A DNA stretch of 63,553 bases, counting the filler, from Octopus bimaculoides (taxonomy: Eukaryota), in the NCBI RefSeq assembly GCF_001194135.2. It is 5 parts of 4 records of this genome, joined end to end, with 100 filler letters (N's around TTAATTAATTAA, not from the genome) between each part and the next. Parts side by side here need not be neighbours in the genome. Positions count along the whole stretch, not along the records: positions 61,117 to 63,553 come from NW_026360405.1; 4 more parts are not named here. One strand, given 5' to 3'. Of this stretch, positions 63,178 through 63,553 are shown piece by piece (the stretch's first letter is position 1; each line of letters opens with the position of its first letter). The position numbers were made by a program, and so were the translations under genes. A model generated the notes under the pieces. That model was not told the DNA's origin. It ran no database searches and saw only the letters and a list, made by a program, of their open reading frames with translations.

Positions 63178-63339
63178 TTTACTCTTTTACTTGTTTCAGT
63201 CATTTGACTGTGGCCATGCTGGAGCACCGCCTTTTTAGTCGAGCAAATCGACCCCAGGACTTATTCTTTGTAAGCCTTGCCGGTCCGCTAAGTTACGGGG
63301 ACAAACACAGACACACAAACATACAAACACACAAACATA

Positions 63340-63389
<50 letters not shown>

Positions 63390-63553
63390 ATTGGCTTCTT
63401 TCAGTTTTCATCTACCAAATCCACTCACAAGGCTTTGGTCTCTTTTGCCGAACCGCGAAGTTACGGGGACATAAACACACCAGCATCGGTTGTCAAGCAC
63501 TGCTGGGGGGACAAACACAGACACACAAACATATACACACACATAGATACATA
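63178..63553 (-). mobile_element. Rearranged SINE family A sequence (partial copies)
   Basis: Segments of 12595-12860 repeated in shuffled order. Confidence 0.7.

Overview
AT-rich, microsatellite-dense metazoan genomic DNA. The SINE families and overall style suggest an octopus (coleoid cephalopod) draft assembly; this is inference. Four identical 100-bp spacers (44 N + TTAATTAATTAA + 44 N) cut the window into five independently assembled blocks, so adjacency across them is not reliable. Block 1 holds a head-to-head gene pair whose start codons are 376 bp apart: DNAAF3 (minus strand, exons 1-3) and CWF19L1 (plus strand, exons 1-5, broken at the first spacer). An RFX X-box-like site lies in the shared promoter. 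The last block holds the final two coding exons of CEP131. The rest is transposon debris: Tc1, Tigger/pogo, hAT, piggyBac, mariner and possible Merlin MITEs, Helitron ends, R4/Dong-like, CRE-like, L1/Tx1-like and Penelope-like fragments, and about five tRNA-derived SINE families. The most striking unexplained signal is a set of about nine type I hammerhead-ribozyme motifs in at least three sequence families. They include one near-intact copy (52517-52577, minus), a subfamily sharing an A6-to-U core change in three copies, an inverted double hammerhead, and a hammerhead held between ~130-bp inverted repeats. A loop-less derivative of that last element forms a 269-bp palindrome in DNAAF3 intron 1. 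No tRNA, rRNA or CRISPR features were found.
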